From NCBI GenBank assembly GCA_038087875.1, contig JAXLNO010000438.1, positions 496,001 to 560,000 on the forward strand: DNA of 64,000 nt, written 5' to 3'. The DNA comes from Malacoraja senta (lineage: Eukaryota). The notes below the pieces were generated by a model that saw only the letters and a program-made list of their open reading frames with translations, had not been told where the DNA came from and did no database searches. Positions 50,552 to 62,948 of this stretch are shown in pieces (within the stretch, counting starts at the first letter, position 1; each line of letters starts with the position of its first letter). The position numbers and the translations under genes were made by a program.

Positions 50552-52109
50552 GGCTGTGCATGTGCCGTGGCATTTAGTCTGAAAAGTTCAAGGTCAAGGA
50601 AAAGTTGATGGAAATAAGAAAAACTAATATGCTGCAAAGCAAAAATAAAAAAATAGAAAATGCTGGAAAGACTTAGCAGGTCGGACAACATCTGTGGAAA
50701 GAGAAGCAGAGTTAATGCTTCAGGTTGGAGACCCTTTGTCAGTGGGAAAGTTGTGAAGTTTAAGAACATCTTTAAAGTTTTTCCTCCATCTGCCTGTTAA
50801 TCTCTTGCTCTGATGAACTCAGAATAAGGTGAACAACAGGGTCTGCTGTCGGGTACATGTATGACGTGGCAGATCCAACAGAAGTAATGGAATCTAACAG
50901 GTACCACAATGCTGGGGATGTTGTACTGTTTTGTTTAACTATAGTTTATTATTGTCACGTGTAACGAGATACAGTGGAAAGCTTTCCGTAGCGTGCTATC
51001 AAGCCAAAGAAAAGACTGTCATTGATTACAATCAAGCTGGCCACAGTGTATAGAGAAAGGATAAAGTGTACCACAATTAGTTCAAAATAAAGTTTGATTA
51101 AAGATAGTTTAAAGCTCTCAAAGTAGTACAGCTCTTCTACCGCCTCCTTCAGCTGCTTAATCTGCTGCAATCCAATGAGACCTGGGAGAGAACACTGATG
51201 TTCATTTAACCTTCTAATTGATCTGGAGAGGTTTGTGGAGACAACATTGGTTGTATATCTTCAGTGCTCTGAAGCACTGTGTAATCTAGGGGGCAGGTTG
51301 AGAATTTTCCGGTACACTCAAGGCCTTGATTTACATATTCAGGCAATTATATGTATACCTGAATTTTAGTTTGGAAACAACTTATAAATTATAAGATAAT
51401 TTTATGTTGGTTGGAATGTTGAAAACAAATCAAATGTCAAAGGATGAATGTTTCAATAAAGTTTACAAAATGACGAACTGGATCGCTATCAACTCCTTAA
51501 CCCATTTGTATGCACTACATCATGTTCATTGCTCAGTAATAGCCCAAGTGGTTTAGAATGAAAAAGTGCCTCATAGTGCTACTTAAAGGAGCACTAACCT
51601 AGAGTGCACAGTACATTCACCTACATTAACAAATGGCACATTTGCTCAGCCTTCACACACCTCCAGTCGTCCTTGTTCAGTCCTGACCTCTGGTGCTGCC
51701 TGTGTGGAGTCTGCATGATCTTGTGAGATCCAACCATAAGCTCCAATTTCATCCCATATCCCAAAGATATGTTGATAGGTTTACTGGGTGCTCCGGATTG
51801 TCTCTAGTTTAGGTAGGTGGCAAAAAAATCGGAGTTGATGGGCACACTGATGGAAATATTCTGAGAATGAGCATAAATTCAATGGGACAAAATGGCTTTC
51901 GCTCATGAGAAATATTTTTTAAAAAGATCATTGGTATCCAACTAGAATCTTTTGTTGACTGTTGTTGCACTATTGGATTTGCTTTTCTTGGTACATCAAC
52001 CACGTTCTTTCCAAGTGAAGAGACTTGAGGTGAGGTGAGATTAATATTGATTGAGTGAATTGATTGAAAGATACAGTATGGAAACATGCCCCTTAGGTTG
52101 CCCATTTTG

Positions 52110-52260
52110 GATAGAGACCCTTCTTCAGACTCGGTAATCTAAAGAAGATTCTTACCCCGAAACATCACCTACCCATGTTTTCCAGAGATGCTGCCTGACC
52201 TACTGAGTTATTCCAACATTTTGTGTCCTTTTGTGTATTAACCAGCATTTGCAGTTCCTA
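52110..52260 (+). mobile_element. Degenerate Penelope pLTR palindrome (other degenerate arms near 27717, 47450, 49970, 50650, 55620)
   Basis: gagacccttcttcagac...aagaag...ccgaaacatcacc...gatgctgcctgacctactgagttattcc. Confidence 0.7.
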
Positions 52261-54613
52261 AAGAAAGATAGAGTGATGCTTTACAGCAGTTCAGTCCTGT
52301 CCATAACATTGATAGGACACAAAGAACAGCGCAGGAAGAAAATACCACTGTGAAAATCTTAGGAATGCCATTGCTGGAGCAGGAACCCACTCCCATAAAT
52401 GGCATCTACCTCTGTAGTTAAAGTGGCCATTAATCCAATGCAAACCTTATCACTGAATTTTGCTCCTTCAAAGGGCACCTTGCTTTAAATTCAAAGAGCA
52501 CCTTGCTTTAAAAAGTATAGGCCTCCTTCCTTCAACAGGTGCAAGCTTATTTGATCACTCTCCCCAGAGCAATAGGTTGCCGGGCAGCTCACTATCAAAC
52601 CTTTAGTGAGGCCTAACCATGCCAAAGGATCACGTCTCAAGCTGTAGCCTTTACCCCAGTATCCCAACTGTCCACAAGTTGCACCCCATGTACGAACAAG
52701 TTGCACCCCATGTTTTATTGTTTACACCAGATGTGTTTAGCTGTTTTCAATCATCAAAGCTAATTAATCTCAACAACTTATGCGATTTGATCAAATTTGA
52801 AAGCTGCACTTTCCGTAAATATAAAAAGTGTGAATAAAACACACTTCTCCTTTCCGATTATTCATGAAATCGGAAACTGCACAGAACAGCAAACCTTAAT
52901 GAAGGGAATAGAACATAATAAAATTGTTAAGCCAAAAAGTTTATATAAAAGGCATCTGTAAAAGATTCATTCGGGACATATGGTCAGGAAATCTCAAATG
53001 CAGCTAAGCACACATTCTGCTTAAATTATAGACTAAGCCAGCAAGCAGAGCTAGTAAATTATCAGCCAATACCACATTAGCCATATCAGGAAATTGGCAG
53101 TAATGTGCAAGAGATATGGCTAATTTATGATTATTGATTACTGCTAACTTTACCCAGAGTTATGCACAATAAGCTATTGTAACAAATAATATGATGACAG
53201 ATTGTAAGAAAGCAATTTTTCTCAGATGCTGACGACCTAATGGAGTCTTTAATAACAGTTGGCAACATTTGCAAGAAATTATTCAGACAATTTAACAAGG
53301 ATCACTCTTTCATGCACCCAATTTAAATCTGAATTATCCACAATCAAATGGGGTCCCAGTGAGATCAGTGCAGATTGTACGGAATGTGTTGGTCTTTAGC
53401 ATATTACAGATGAAGTGTACCTGACCAACTGGTTCATTTTAGTGAACACAGAACAAACGAATATCTCATCGAAGAAGGTACATATTATGCATATACTTTT
53501 CAAAAACATTTGTGAACCATTGCTTGGTGATTGATTATATGCAAAATATCACCAAATAGCTGATGAAAAACTAGTTAAAGTTCTGCTTCTTAGAAGGAAA
53601 ATGGTACAATGAAAAATGCCATTTTAATAATCAGCATTCCATTTAAAATCATTAGATTGTGTATGGTGCATAAATAAAACCCACTATCTTATAAAAGCTG
53701 TAATATATACAGTACATTGATAAAGAGAACATATTAAGGAATTTTTATGGCCCCAATCAAATCAATATGCCACCAACTAAGCAGTGGTCAAACAGAGTCC
53801 ACAGGCAATGAGTGAACCGACATAAGGGACACAATAATTTGATCTTGTCCTCGCCAACATACCTGTGGCAAATGCATCTGTCCACGTTAGAATTGGTCGA
53901 AGTATACACAACATAATCTTTGTGGAGACAATGTCCTGTCTTCACATCAAAGCCATCCTATACTACAATTGGGCTGAATGGGATGGTCTCAGAACCGGTC
54001 AGGAATCTCAAAGTTGTACATCTGTGAGGCACTCTGGACCATCTGCAGCAGCAGCAGAAATTGACACTAACATACAGTATGTTGTAACTGCATTGTTCAG
54101 CACATCATTCTCTCTGCCATTACAATCAACCCAATGAATCAATGAGGAATGCAGAAGGACAAGCATACCTAAAAGTGACGAGGTACCAACCCAGTGAATG
54201 CAGGACTATCTGCTTACGAAACCACAAAACTAGCATGCAGTGGACCAAAATCAAAATCTAAGTGAATTCAAAATCAGTACATCTGATTGAAGTTCTGTCA
54301 TCCTACTTCCACATCTTGTTGTGAATGGCAGTGGACAGTTAAACAGCTGATGGGAGAAGAATATTCAAAGTACAACCCCACTCTCAACATTGTCTGGACT
54401 CAGCATTGGTGTCCACTAAAGAAAAGGTTGAAACATTTGCAACCTGTTTCTCCAGAAGATCTAAGTGGATGTTTCATCTTGGCTATCCCTGACATCCCAA
54501 ATTATACGTTGGCCAGTTTGATTCATTCCATGTGATATTAAGAAAGCATTGCATATAGGAAAAACAGTAGGATCAGACAATATCTAAATGGTAGTACTAA
54601 TGGTAGTTCTATT

Positions 54614-55172
54614 ATTCAATTCAATTCAATTCAATGAACTTTATTTTTCCGTTAGGAACTAACGGAACTTTATTTTTCCGTTAGGTTTCTGCAGCCACAA
54701 CAAAAAGAAACTATTTTACAAGACACACAACCAACTCAATTCACACAGACATCCATCACAGTGAATCTCCTCCTCACTGTGATGGAAGGCAAAGTCTTGT
54801 CTCTCCCCTGCTCTCCAACCTCTCCTGATGTTAAAGCCCCCGACGGGCGATGGCAAGTCCCACGGCCGTTAAGGCCGTGCCAGCGATGTCAGGCCCTGCC
54901 CCGGGTCGTTTTCAGCCCCGCAACTCGGGCGGGAGAAGCAGCCGCCGCGAGAGCTCCGAAAAGCTCCCACCAGGGACCCGCGAGCTCCCGATGTCACCGC
55001 CCACAGGCCTGCAGCTGGAGCCTCCGAAGCTCCGAAGTCTGGTCGCAGCCGTGCGCCACCACAGCTCCCCACGCTCCGAGGCCGGCCAGCACCACGATGG
55101 TAAGTCTGCAGTCTCCACAGGCTCCGCGACTGGAGCCCCCAGGTCGTTCCGGCTGGAGGCCGCTCCACGGCT
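54614..55172 (-). mobile_element. GC-rich non-autonomous retroposon, 3' part, with (ATTGA)n tail
   Basis: Minus strand GACTTTGCCTTCCATCACAGTGAGGAGGAGATTCACTGTGATGGATG block; AATAAA then (TTGAA)n. Confidence 0.7.
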
Positions 55173-56009
55173 GCATGGATCTATGCTCCAGAACCAGCTA
55201 TACCTTAGCTAAACTGTTCTAGTCGAGTTACCACATTCGCATCTACCCAACAATGGGAAAAATTGGACAGTTCTGTCTCATTGACAAAAAGGGATAAGTA
55301 CAATCCAGAGAATTACTGCCTAGTCAGTTTACTCTCAATCATTAGAAAAGTGATGGAAGCCACCATCAACAGTGCTATCAGTGGCAATTGCCACTAATAA
55401 TTTTCTCACTGCTGTCCAGTTTGGGTTTTGCAAGGATCACTTGATTCTAGACCTCGCCACAGCTTTAACCCAAATAAAAAACCATAGAGCTGAATTCTAG
55501 AGGTGAGTGAGAGGAGCTGCCCTTGCCATCAAGGAAGCATTTGACCAAGTTTAATGTCAAGATGCCTTGGTAAAACCAGTTCAATGGGTATCAACATAAA
55601 TGTTATATTAGTGAACTATAAAGTGCTGGATTAACTCAGCAGGTCAGGCTGCACCTGTGAAGGGAATGGATAAGTGACAATTAGGAATGAGACATGTATG
55701 TTTTGGGAGTGTGGGAGGAAACTGGAGCACCCGGAGAAAACTCACACGGTCACAGGGAGAATGTACAAACTCCGTGTACACAGCATCCGTAGTCAGGATT
55801 GAATCTGGCACTGTAAGGTAGCAACTCTACCGCTGCAGCCCCTAAATGTGTACCATCTACAAAAGGCACCGCAGTTGCACACGTAGGCTACCTCCAAAGC
55901 CACAATCCATACCACCAAGAAGGATGAAGGCAACAGGTGAATGGGAACACCACCACCTGCAAGTCCCTCTCCAAGTTGCACATCTTTTTGCTTTGGAAAT
56001 AGGTCCCAA

Positions 56010-56288
56010 TTCTCTCTCTCTCTATCCCTCCCCCACCCAAGTCGCACTAACTTTTCATTTTCACCTCACAAATAGCAAACAATGTCCTGTTTCCTTTATT
56101 ATCATTACTTTTTTTGCATATCCTTCATTCATTGTTCTTCATCTCACTACTTCATCGCCTATATCTCTTGTTTCCCTTATCCCTAAACAGTCTGAAGAAG
56201 GGTCTCGAACCAAAACGTCACCCATTCCTTCTCTCCAGAGATGCTGCCTGTCCTGCTGAGTTACTCCAGCAGTTTGTGTCTATCTTTA
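56010..56288 (+). mobile_element. Penelope 3' UTR and pLTR; hammerhead core 56192-56219 with GAAA>AAAA mutation
   Basis: CAGTCTGAAGAAGGGTCTCGAACCAAAACGTCACCCATTCC; homologous to 42840-43040 (minus). Confidence 0.78.
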
Positions 56289-58029
56289 GTCCTTCATCAT
56301 TGCTGGGTTGAAATTCTCAAACTCATGATTCAACTCCACTGCGGGAGTAACTTCACTGGAATGACTTAAGTGTTTTAAGAAAGTGACTCAGTAGGATAAC
56401 AATGAGAAAATATTAATTTCTCAAAGCATTCCTTAAAGAAAGCAGCAAACTACAAATTGTGTATATTCATTGATTACTGTTAAATTAAACAAAACCATAT
56501 TAAAGAATAATATCTTGTCAAGTAGATTACATACAACATCATTTTTTTTCCAATGTAAGGCAAACCTCTCATGAAGTTACCATAAATGTGTCAAGTACTC
56601 AAGATTAACAGATCCCATGCTTCAGGGTGCAGTGATTCTTAATTCCCTGCTCACCGAGCATTTTAAAAACAAATCTGACAGAGAATAATTGATTTTGACT
56701 ATGCTATAAAAATAACAATTTGAAATGTGCGAGCAATTGAATCCTGTGTACTGGTAAAGGAACATTACTTGTATATCAATAGGAAATAGATAAAATATAA
56801 AATGCAGGAAATATTGTGTTGTTATATGGTATCTATGAGCCAGACAGGGAGAGGCAGAGACAGAGAGAGGCACTTCTTCCATACTGAAAAAAAATCTTAG
56901 AAATAGTTTTAGGATGTAGAGAAATTCCCTGATAATCAGGGTGACAGTGTATGGCCAAAGAGAGCAAGTAAAGAAACAAAATATTGGAAATTTAAGTTCA
57001 GATTTCTGGCATCTGTGGTAATTTGCTTTTGTGCAATCGCAAGAAACATTTTCAGTGTGTTATAAACACATAGGTATCAAAATATAGTCCAGAATGCTGG
57101 AGAAACTCAGCGGGTGAGCGGGAATATTCCTTCGCTCCATAGATGCTGCCTCACCCGCCTCCAGCATTTTTGTCTACTGTGGCGGCACTGTGGTTGGGAC
57201 ACTAGCTACACAAACACTCAGCAGTCGGGGGTAGGGTCACGTGACTGGGCAATGGCAGGGAGGAGTTGTCATGGGGTATAGGGGTGTGTCCTCGTATATA
57301 TAACGAACCCCGGGACAACCCTCTCTCTCTCTGATTTCGAGCTGACCAGCTCTCTTCTCTCTTTGGGTGAGTGTCCTTTCACCTCAGCTCTAGCCCAGGA
57401 GGCAACAGCCTCGCAGCAGCAACAACAACTTTGTGTTAGAGAACCAATGTGCTTGTATAACGAACCTATTGTGCCTGAATAAAGTAACCCGTTTGTTCAC
57501 CATGTTTGGTGGGTCTACATTGGTGCCCCTGACGTTCCAAAATGGAGATTTTGGATTTCCCAACGCATGCAGCCGACCATCTACCGTGGTGACCTGATGT
57601 CTGCAACCGACAGCCCAGCTCTACGGTAATTACCGCTATGGTTGCGGCCATCAACTCTGTGCGGTACCCGGACGCCGCCTTGGGCCCCACCGCCGGGGTC
57701 GGGCTGCTAGACTCCCGGTAGTAACGTTCCTTTGGGCCCCGCCGCCACGGTCGGTCGCTCGCTTCCCACCTGTGCCAGGTCTCAGCAGCTGCAGGCCGGC
57801 AATGTCAAGGGGCGCGGTCCGGTCCTTCTTTGACAGCCGCCAATCTCTCCCGCATGACCCGCCTGGAGCCGACCACTGGGGCTGAGAGGCCGCCGCCCTT
57901 CTACCAGCTGCTGCCCACCGGAGGTCCCAGCATCACCGGCACCGCCACCCGCCGCCCGCCGGCCCCGGGAGCGGGGTGAGAGCGGCCCTCACTTTCTCTC
58001 CCGCACGGCCCGCTCGGAGCTGCCCACCG

Positions 58030-58410
58030 ATCACCGGTTGAAAGCTACACGACACTGCGCCGGCCGCTGCTCAAGGCCTAACCTCCCGAAGTAGAGCGGG
58101 CCTACCTGGTGCGGCTGCCCGAAGACGTCCTTCTGCTCCTCACCGGCGCGGACCTCGATGATCCACAGCCGCTAGCGGCCTGTCTGGTCGTGGTCGGCCC
58201 AGCTACGAGGTGGAGCCTCAGCCGGTCGTGAGTCGGCAGTCCCATGACGAATTCCCCGGCATCTTCCAGTCTCCACTGGTGGTGCGGCAGCGCAGCTGGT
58301 TTCCGACGACACCGGCGACGGTGGGTGGGGTGCCTATATGCAGCGCTGGGGCGTGGCCCGTCAATGCCGGCCGTCCCGCACGCATCCGGAAATCGCTTCG
58401 GCCGCCTGTA
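58030..58410 (+). pseudogene. Degenerate Gypsy gag remnant
   Basis: VERAYLVRLPEDVLLLLTGADLDDPQPLAA and GWGAYMQRWGVARQCRP resemble, from memory, fish Gypsy gag motifs (FLEQLPEDIRLLL; WCFYHQRWGAEARQCRPPC). Confidence 0.6.
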
Positions 58411-58839
58411 AAGGTCACCTCAGCCGGCCGCCAAAATGGCCGCTGTGGCCTGCTCCCACATGGCTGCTGCAGCGACTGCAAAAATGGCCGCGGCGGCCGG
58501 CCTGAAGCGACGTCCGACCTGCTTTGACCGCTGTCAACAGCGCCACCTCAGGTCGAGTGCTGTTTCTGCAGCTCGACCACCGTCAACAGCACCACCTCAG
58601 GTTGTTTGCCGTCTCTGCAGCCTGACCGCCGTCAACAGCGCCACCCCTGGTCGGATGGTATCACTACAGCCTCCAGTTTCAAGCACAGCTTCTTCTCATA
58701 GTACATTTATTTGGACAGTTCGTACCATAGAACTTTCGGCATCCGACCACTTTGGACTTTGGTGTATCTTTGCTGTTTGCTCACTGTAGGGTTTTTTTCC
58801 ACTGTATAGTGTAATCACCTAGCTTAATATTGCTATTAG

Positions 58840-61279
58840 AACAAGAGGAATTGGGTGCACAAATCTCAATTAAGGAATTAGAAGATACAATAAACTCATT
58901 AAAGAATGGAAAAACACCAGGTCCTGATGGATTTACTAATGAATTTTATAAAAGCTTCTATGACAAAATTATACCACGATTACAAAAAATGTACCAATAT
59001 GCTTTTAAAAAACAAATATTACCTGATACATTAGCTGAATCAACGATCACACTAATACTTAAAAAAGAAAAAGATATAGAAGAACCTGGTTCATATAGAG
59101 CTATAGCATTGTTAAATACAGATCAAAAAATATTAGCGAAAACATTAGCTAGAAGATTAAGTAAATATATTAGTAAACTAATAAACCCAGATCAGACGGG
59201 GTTTATCCCTAAGAGATATTCATCTAATAATATGAGACGTCTACTCAATATAATGCACTCACATAAATTTGAAGAACAAGAATTATCAATTATTTCGCTG
59301 GACGCTGAAAAAGCATTTGACCAAGTAGAATGGAATTATATGGATAAAGTATTACAAAAACTCCAACTGGGAGAGAATTTTATTTTATGGATTAAACTAT
59401 TATATAATAAACCTACAGCTAGAATATTAACTAATAACATATTATCCTCGAAATTTCAACTATCAAGGGGAAATAGACAAGGATGCTCATTATCACCACA
59501 GTTGTTTGCTCTCATAATTGAACCGTTAGCAGAAAAAATTAGAACACATCCAGATATCCATGGGTATAATACTAAATATTCAAATTATAAAATATCTTTA
59601 TACGCGGATGATATATTATTGTACATTACAAAACCTCAAATCACTATACCAAATATATTAAATTTAATTGAGGACTTTGGATCTTTTTCTGGATACAGAA
59701 TAAATTGGAATAAAAGTGAAATTATGTCAATAAAACCGAAAGACTCAACACATTTTTAAAATTCCCTTTTAAAATAGCTACAGAAAAATTTAAATACTTG
59801 GGTATTGAAATCACTAGAACATATCAAGGCATGTTTAAAGCAAATTTTGATCCTTTACTTAATAAATTAAATACACTAATTAAATTTTGGAAAACGCTCC
59901 CGATGTCTTTAATAGGCCGAATAAATACAATAAAAATGATCTTCTTACCACAAATTTTATACCTATTTCAATCGATTCCTATATACCTACCAAAGAAGTT
60001 TTTTTTTAAACTGGATTCAGACATTACTAATTTTATATGGGTCTACAAATCACATAGAATACAAAGAACACACTTGAACAAAGCTAAAGTATTAGGGGGC
60101 TTAGCACTCCCTAACTTCATGTATTATTATTGGTCTGTAAATATTAAAAATATGATTCAACTGATGGACAACTGTGCCCAGCAAGTGGACTGGATTGTAA
60201 TGGAGAGAGAGGACTGCTCCTCTGGAAACATTGGAGCGATCCTCCTCTCACCAATGAAACTGAATAACATAAATTATAACAAAAACCCAATTATACATAG
60301 TACAATCAGAACTTGGAAACAAATAAAACAAAATTTAAAATTAAGAAATCTATCGCTTTTATCTCCAATAGTTAATAACCCTTCGTTTAAACCCTCTATT
60401 ACAGACAAATCTTTTATACAATGGGATAGACTAGGAATTAAAACGTTCGGTGACTTGTATGAAACTGGAAAATTACTATCATTCCAACAATTACAAATAA
60501 AATATAAACTGGGAAATAATCAATATTTTAAATATTTTCAAATATGTGACTATTTGAAAAAATATACAAAAGATCATTATAATAGCCCAGCAGATGTATT
60601 GGATGAAGCAATGCAGATAAAAGCTGAATCAGCAAACTTAATATCATATTTGTATAATATTATCTTAAATGTAGAAATACCATCTACGGAAGGTATTAGA
60701 AGAGACTGGGAACAAGAATTAGCTATTAAAATCTCAAAGGAAAGGTGGAATGAACATTTATTAAACATGCATAAATGTTCGATTAATGTAAGACACACTT
60801 TAATACAATTTAAAATTTTACATAGATTATATTATTCCAAAACTAAAATTTTCCCAAATGTATCATCCATTTGTGATAAATGTCAATCTCAAGAAGCTAC
60901 TATAGCGCACTCATTTGTTTACTGTACAAAAATTCAAAAATTTTGGATTGAAATTTTTGAAATCTTTACAAAATTATTTAAAATAAAACTGATACCCAAA
61001 GCAGAATGGATTATCTTCGGAACAACGGAAGATAGTCCAGAACTAAATGTGTTCCAAAAGAAATTAATAGACTATGGGTTAATAACTGGAAAAAAGTTAA
61101 TCCTAAAATTCTGGAAAAACGCTCCAATACCAACTATAAACATGTGGATTTCAAATATGTTCGAAACATTACACCTAGAAGAGATAAGACTCCTCCTGGC
61201 AGGTAAACGAGATCACTTCCACCTGACGTGGTCTGCATTTATAGAATTATTACAAGTAAAGGGTGCAAAAGTACTTTAA
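58840..61279 (+). pseudogene. L1 ORF2 (RT + C-terminal zinc knuckle), 5'-truncated, one frameshift at about 59755
   Basis: KTPGPDGF..EFYK, SYRAIALLNTDQKI, SLDAEKAFD, GNRQGCSLSPQLF, SLYADDILLY, GYRINWNKS, GGLALPN, CDKC..EATIAHSFVYC; the two track ORFs join if one T is added to the T5 run. Confidence 0.92.
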
Positions 61280-61660
61280 AAATAACTGAGGTCAGGAAAG
61301 GGGGGATGAAAGCTGGAGAGTTGGTATGTCCCATTTGCGTGATGCTTACAACAAAGTATTTGTTTTTCTCTTTTCCCTCTTTCTCTTTTTTCTTCTTTTT
61401 TAGGGTTTATTTCTTAATTCTTTTTTTTTTAAATTTCTTTCTTATAGGGTCTTTGTTCTTTTTTGTTGTCACGTTTTTTACACTTTCACTTTTTTCCTTC
61501 ACTTTCTCCTTTCTCTCAATCTCATCCTTTCCCTTTATTAGTGTAAAAAATGACGGAGTACATTAATTGTAATATGATATACGTGACGAGTACTAATGTA
61601 ATTGGTTGTAATGTAATGTACTTCTAATAAATAAAAATTTAAAAAAATTAAAAAATTAAA
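58840..61660 (+). mobile_element. Young 5'-truncated L1 LINE
   Basis: 14-bp TSD AATATTGCTATTAG (58826-58839 / 61661-61674) at a TT|AATA site; T-rich 3' UTR; AATAAA and A-rich tail. Confidence 0.93.
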
Positions 61661-61962
61661 AATATTGCTATTAGTTTCTTGTTGTTGTATTTGCGTTGTT
61701 GCCGACGTCTTTCTTAGGACACGATCCCCTGCTGGTCGACGTGACTGGTCTATACCTCTTCTGTCCGGCGGCTTTTGCATTGGTCTCCTCGCACCCCTTG
61801 GCATATGGCTGGGATGGCCCAGAGCCAGAGCTTCGACTGCGCCCGCGGGCCCCACCGTCCCGACCCACTAACCCTGGGGTCACTAGCTACATGAACCCTC
61901 AGCAGTCGGGGGTAGGGTCATGTGACTGGGCAATGGCAGGGAGAAGTTGTCACGGGGTACAG

Positions 61963-62948
61963 TGGGAGCCGCCATCTTGGAGGAACGGCTGCTAAACAGC
62001 AGCCGTCCGTCAAATTCACTGTTTCTTTAGTTTTAGTGTTTTTTATTTCTCTGTCTGTTTGGGTTTTTTTGACTTTTAATGTGGGGGGGTAAGGGGGAAA
62101 CTATTTCTAGGTCCCTACCTGGTCAGTGAGGCAGCTTTTTCTCCAGGCTGCCTCGTCGACCCGTCCTCGTGGCCTACCAGCGGGCATGGAGCGCCGTTTC
62201 CTGACGGGGACCGCCCAGCACCTTCAGCTTCAATGGCGGCACAGCGCTGGAGCGCTATCGTGGAGCATAGCGGGCGATGCCTTGCCTGGGTCGCCGCGCT
62301 GGAACGACGCGCTGGAGCTCCGGTATGCAGTGACCGCCGACATCAACACCTCCGGGCTGCGGGACTGCGGAGCGACCAGCTGCGGGCGGCGGCGCCGACT
62401 CCAACATCGGGAGCCTCGTGGCTCCAAATCGGCGCGGCCCTGTCGGCTTCAGGTGCCATCGACTCCTTCGGGAAACCGGCCGTTCCAGCCGCTGCGACGA
62501 CTCTCCCGACGGCCAGGAACATCGGGCCTCCGTAGAGGCAACTGTGGAGGCCTCATTGGGCCTGACTCTGGGGAGAACTGGGTTGGGGACTGGACATTGT
62601 GCCTTCCCCCACAGTGGTGGTCATTGTGGGGGGATGATTTTGTGTGCTGTGCCTGTGCCTGTCAGTCCGTGTACAAGATGGCGGTCGGAGGGGAGAGTGG
62701 ACGCTGGCGCGAATTGGTCGCCGCTGCTCTCTCCTCAAACTTGTGTTTCTTATTTTCTTTTGGTGCTTTTGAAATTGAATTCTGTCCTTGATTTGTGTAC
62801 TGTGGTGTTTTTATATTTAATTTATTCCGATTATGTGTTTTTTGTTTTTTTTTGTTTTGTTTTGTTGTGATTCTATGCATTGTAAGGTGTCCTTGGGTTT
62901 TAGAAAGGCGCCAGTAAATAAAATGATAAATTATTATTATTATTATTA
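61963..62948 (+). mobile_element. GC-rich non-autonomous retroposon with L2-type tail inserted in the 3' LTR
   Basis: Body homologous to 45998-46863 (GTCCCTACCTGGTC, CTTCAGCTTC..GGCGGCACAGCGCTG, hairpin 62605-62634); tail TGTAAGGTGTCCTTGGGTTTTAGAAAGGCGC..TAAAT..(ATT)n; about 17 nt of LTR lost at the site. Confidence 0.8.

Larger units (their letters stand above)
53750..56390 (+). mobile_element. Decayed CR1-group LINE (clade uncertain) with several insertions
   Basis: EN-like DLVLANIPVANASVHVRIGRS.H; RT-like NPENYCLVSLLSIIRKVMEATINSAI, QFGF, ALAIKEAFDQV; 3' part tgggaacaccaccacctgcaag. Confidence 0.7.

Noticed and set aside
52470..52712. Short local duplications (GCACCTTGCTTTAAA x2; ACAAGTTGCACCCCATGT x2; also 5621-5674, 12197-12247, 19340-19373)
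   Set aside because: Typical slippage or repair duplications with no enclosed element.
59750..59765. Programmed -1 frameshift in L1 ORF2
   Set aside because: L1 ORF2 is normally one frame and the heptamer is not phased as a slippery site; a homopolymer indel is simpler.
62126..62870. 221-aa and 150-aa ORFs as host genes (also ORFs at 46061-46681 and 54761-55222)
   Set aside because: They lie in GC-rich retroposon copies; the frames are not conserved between homologous copies.
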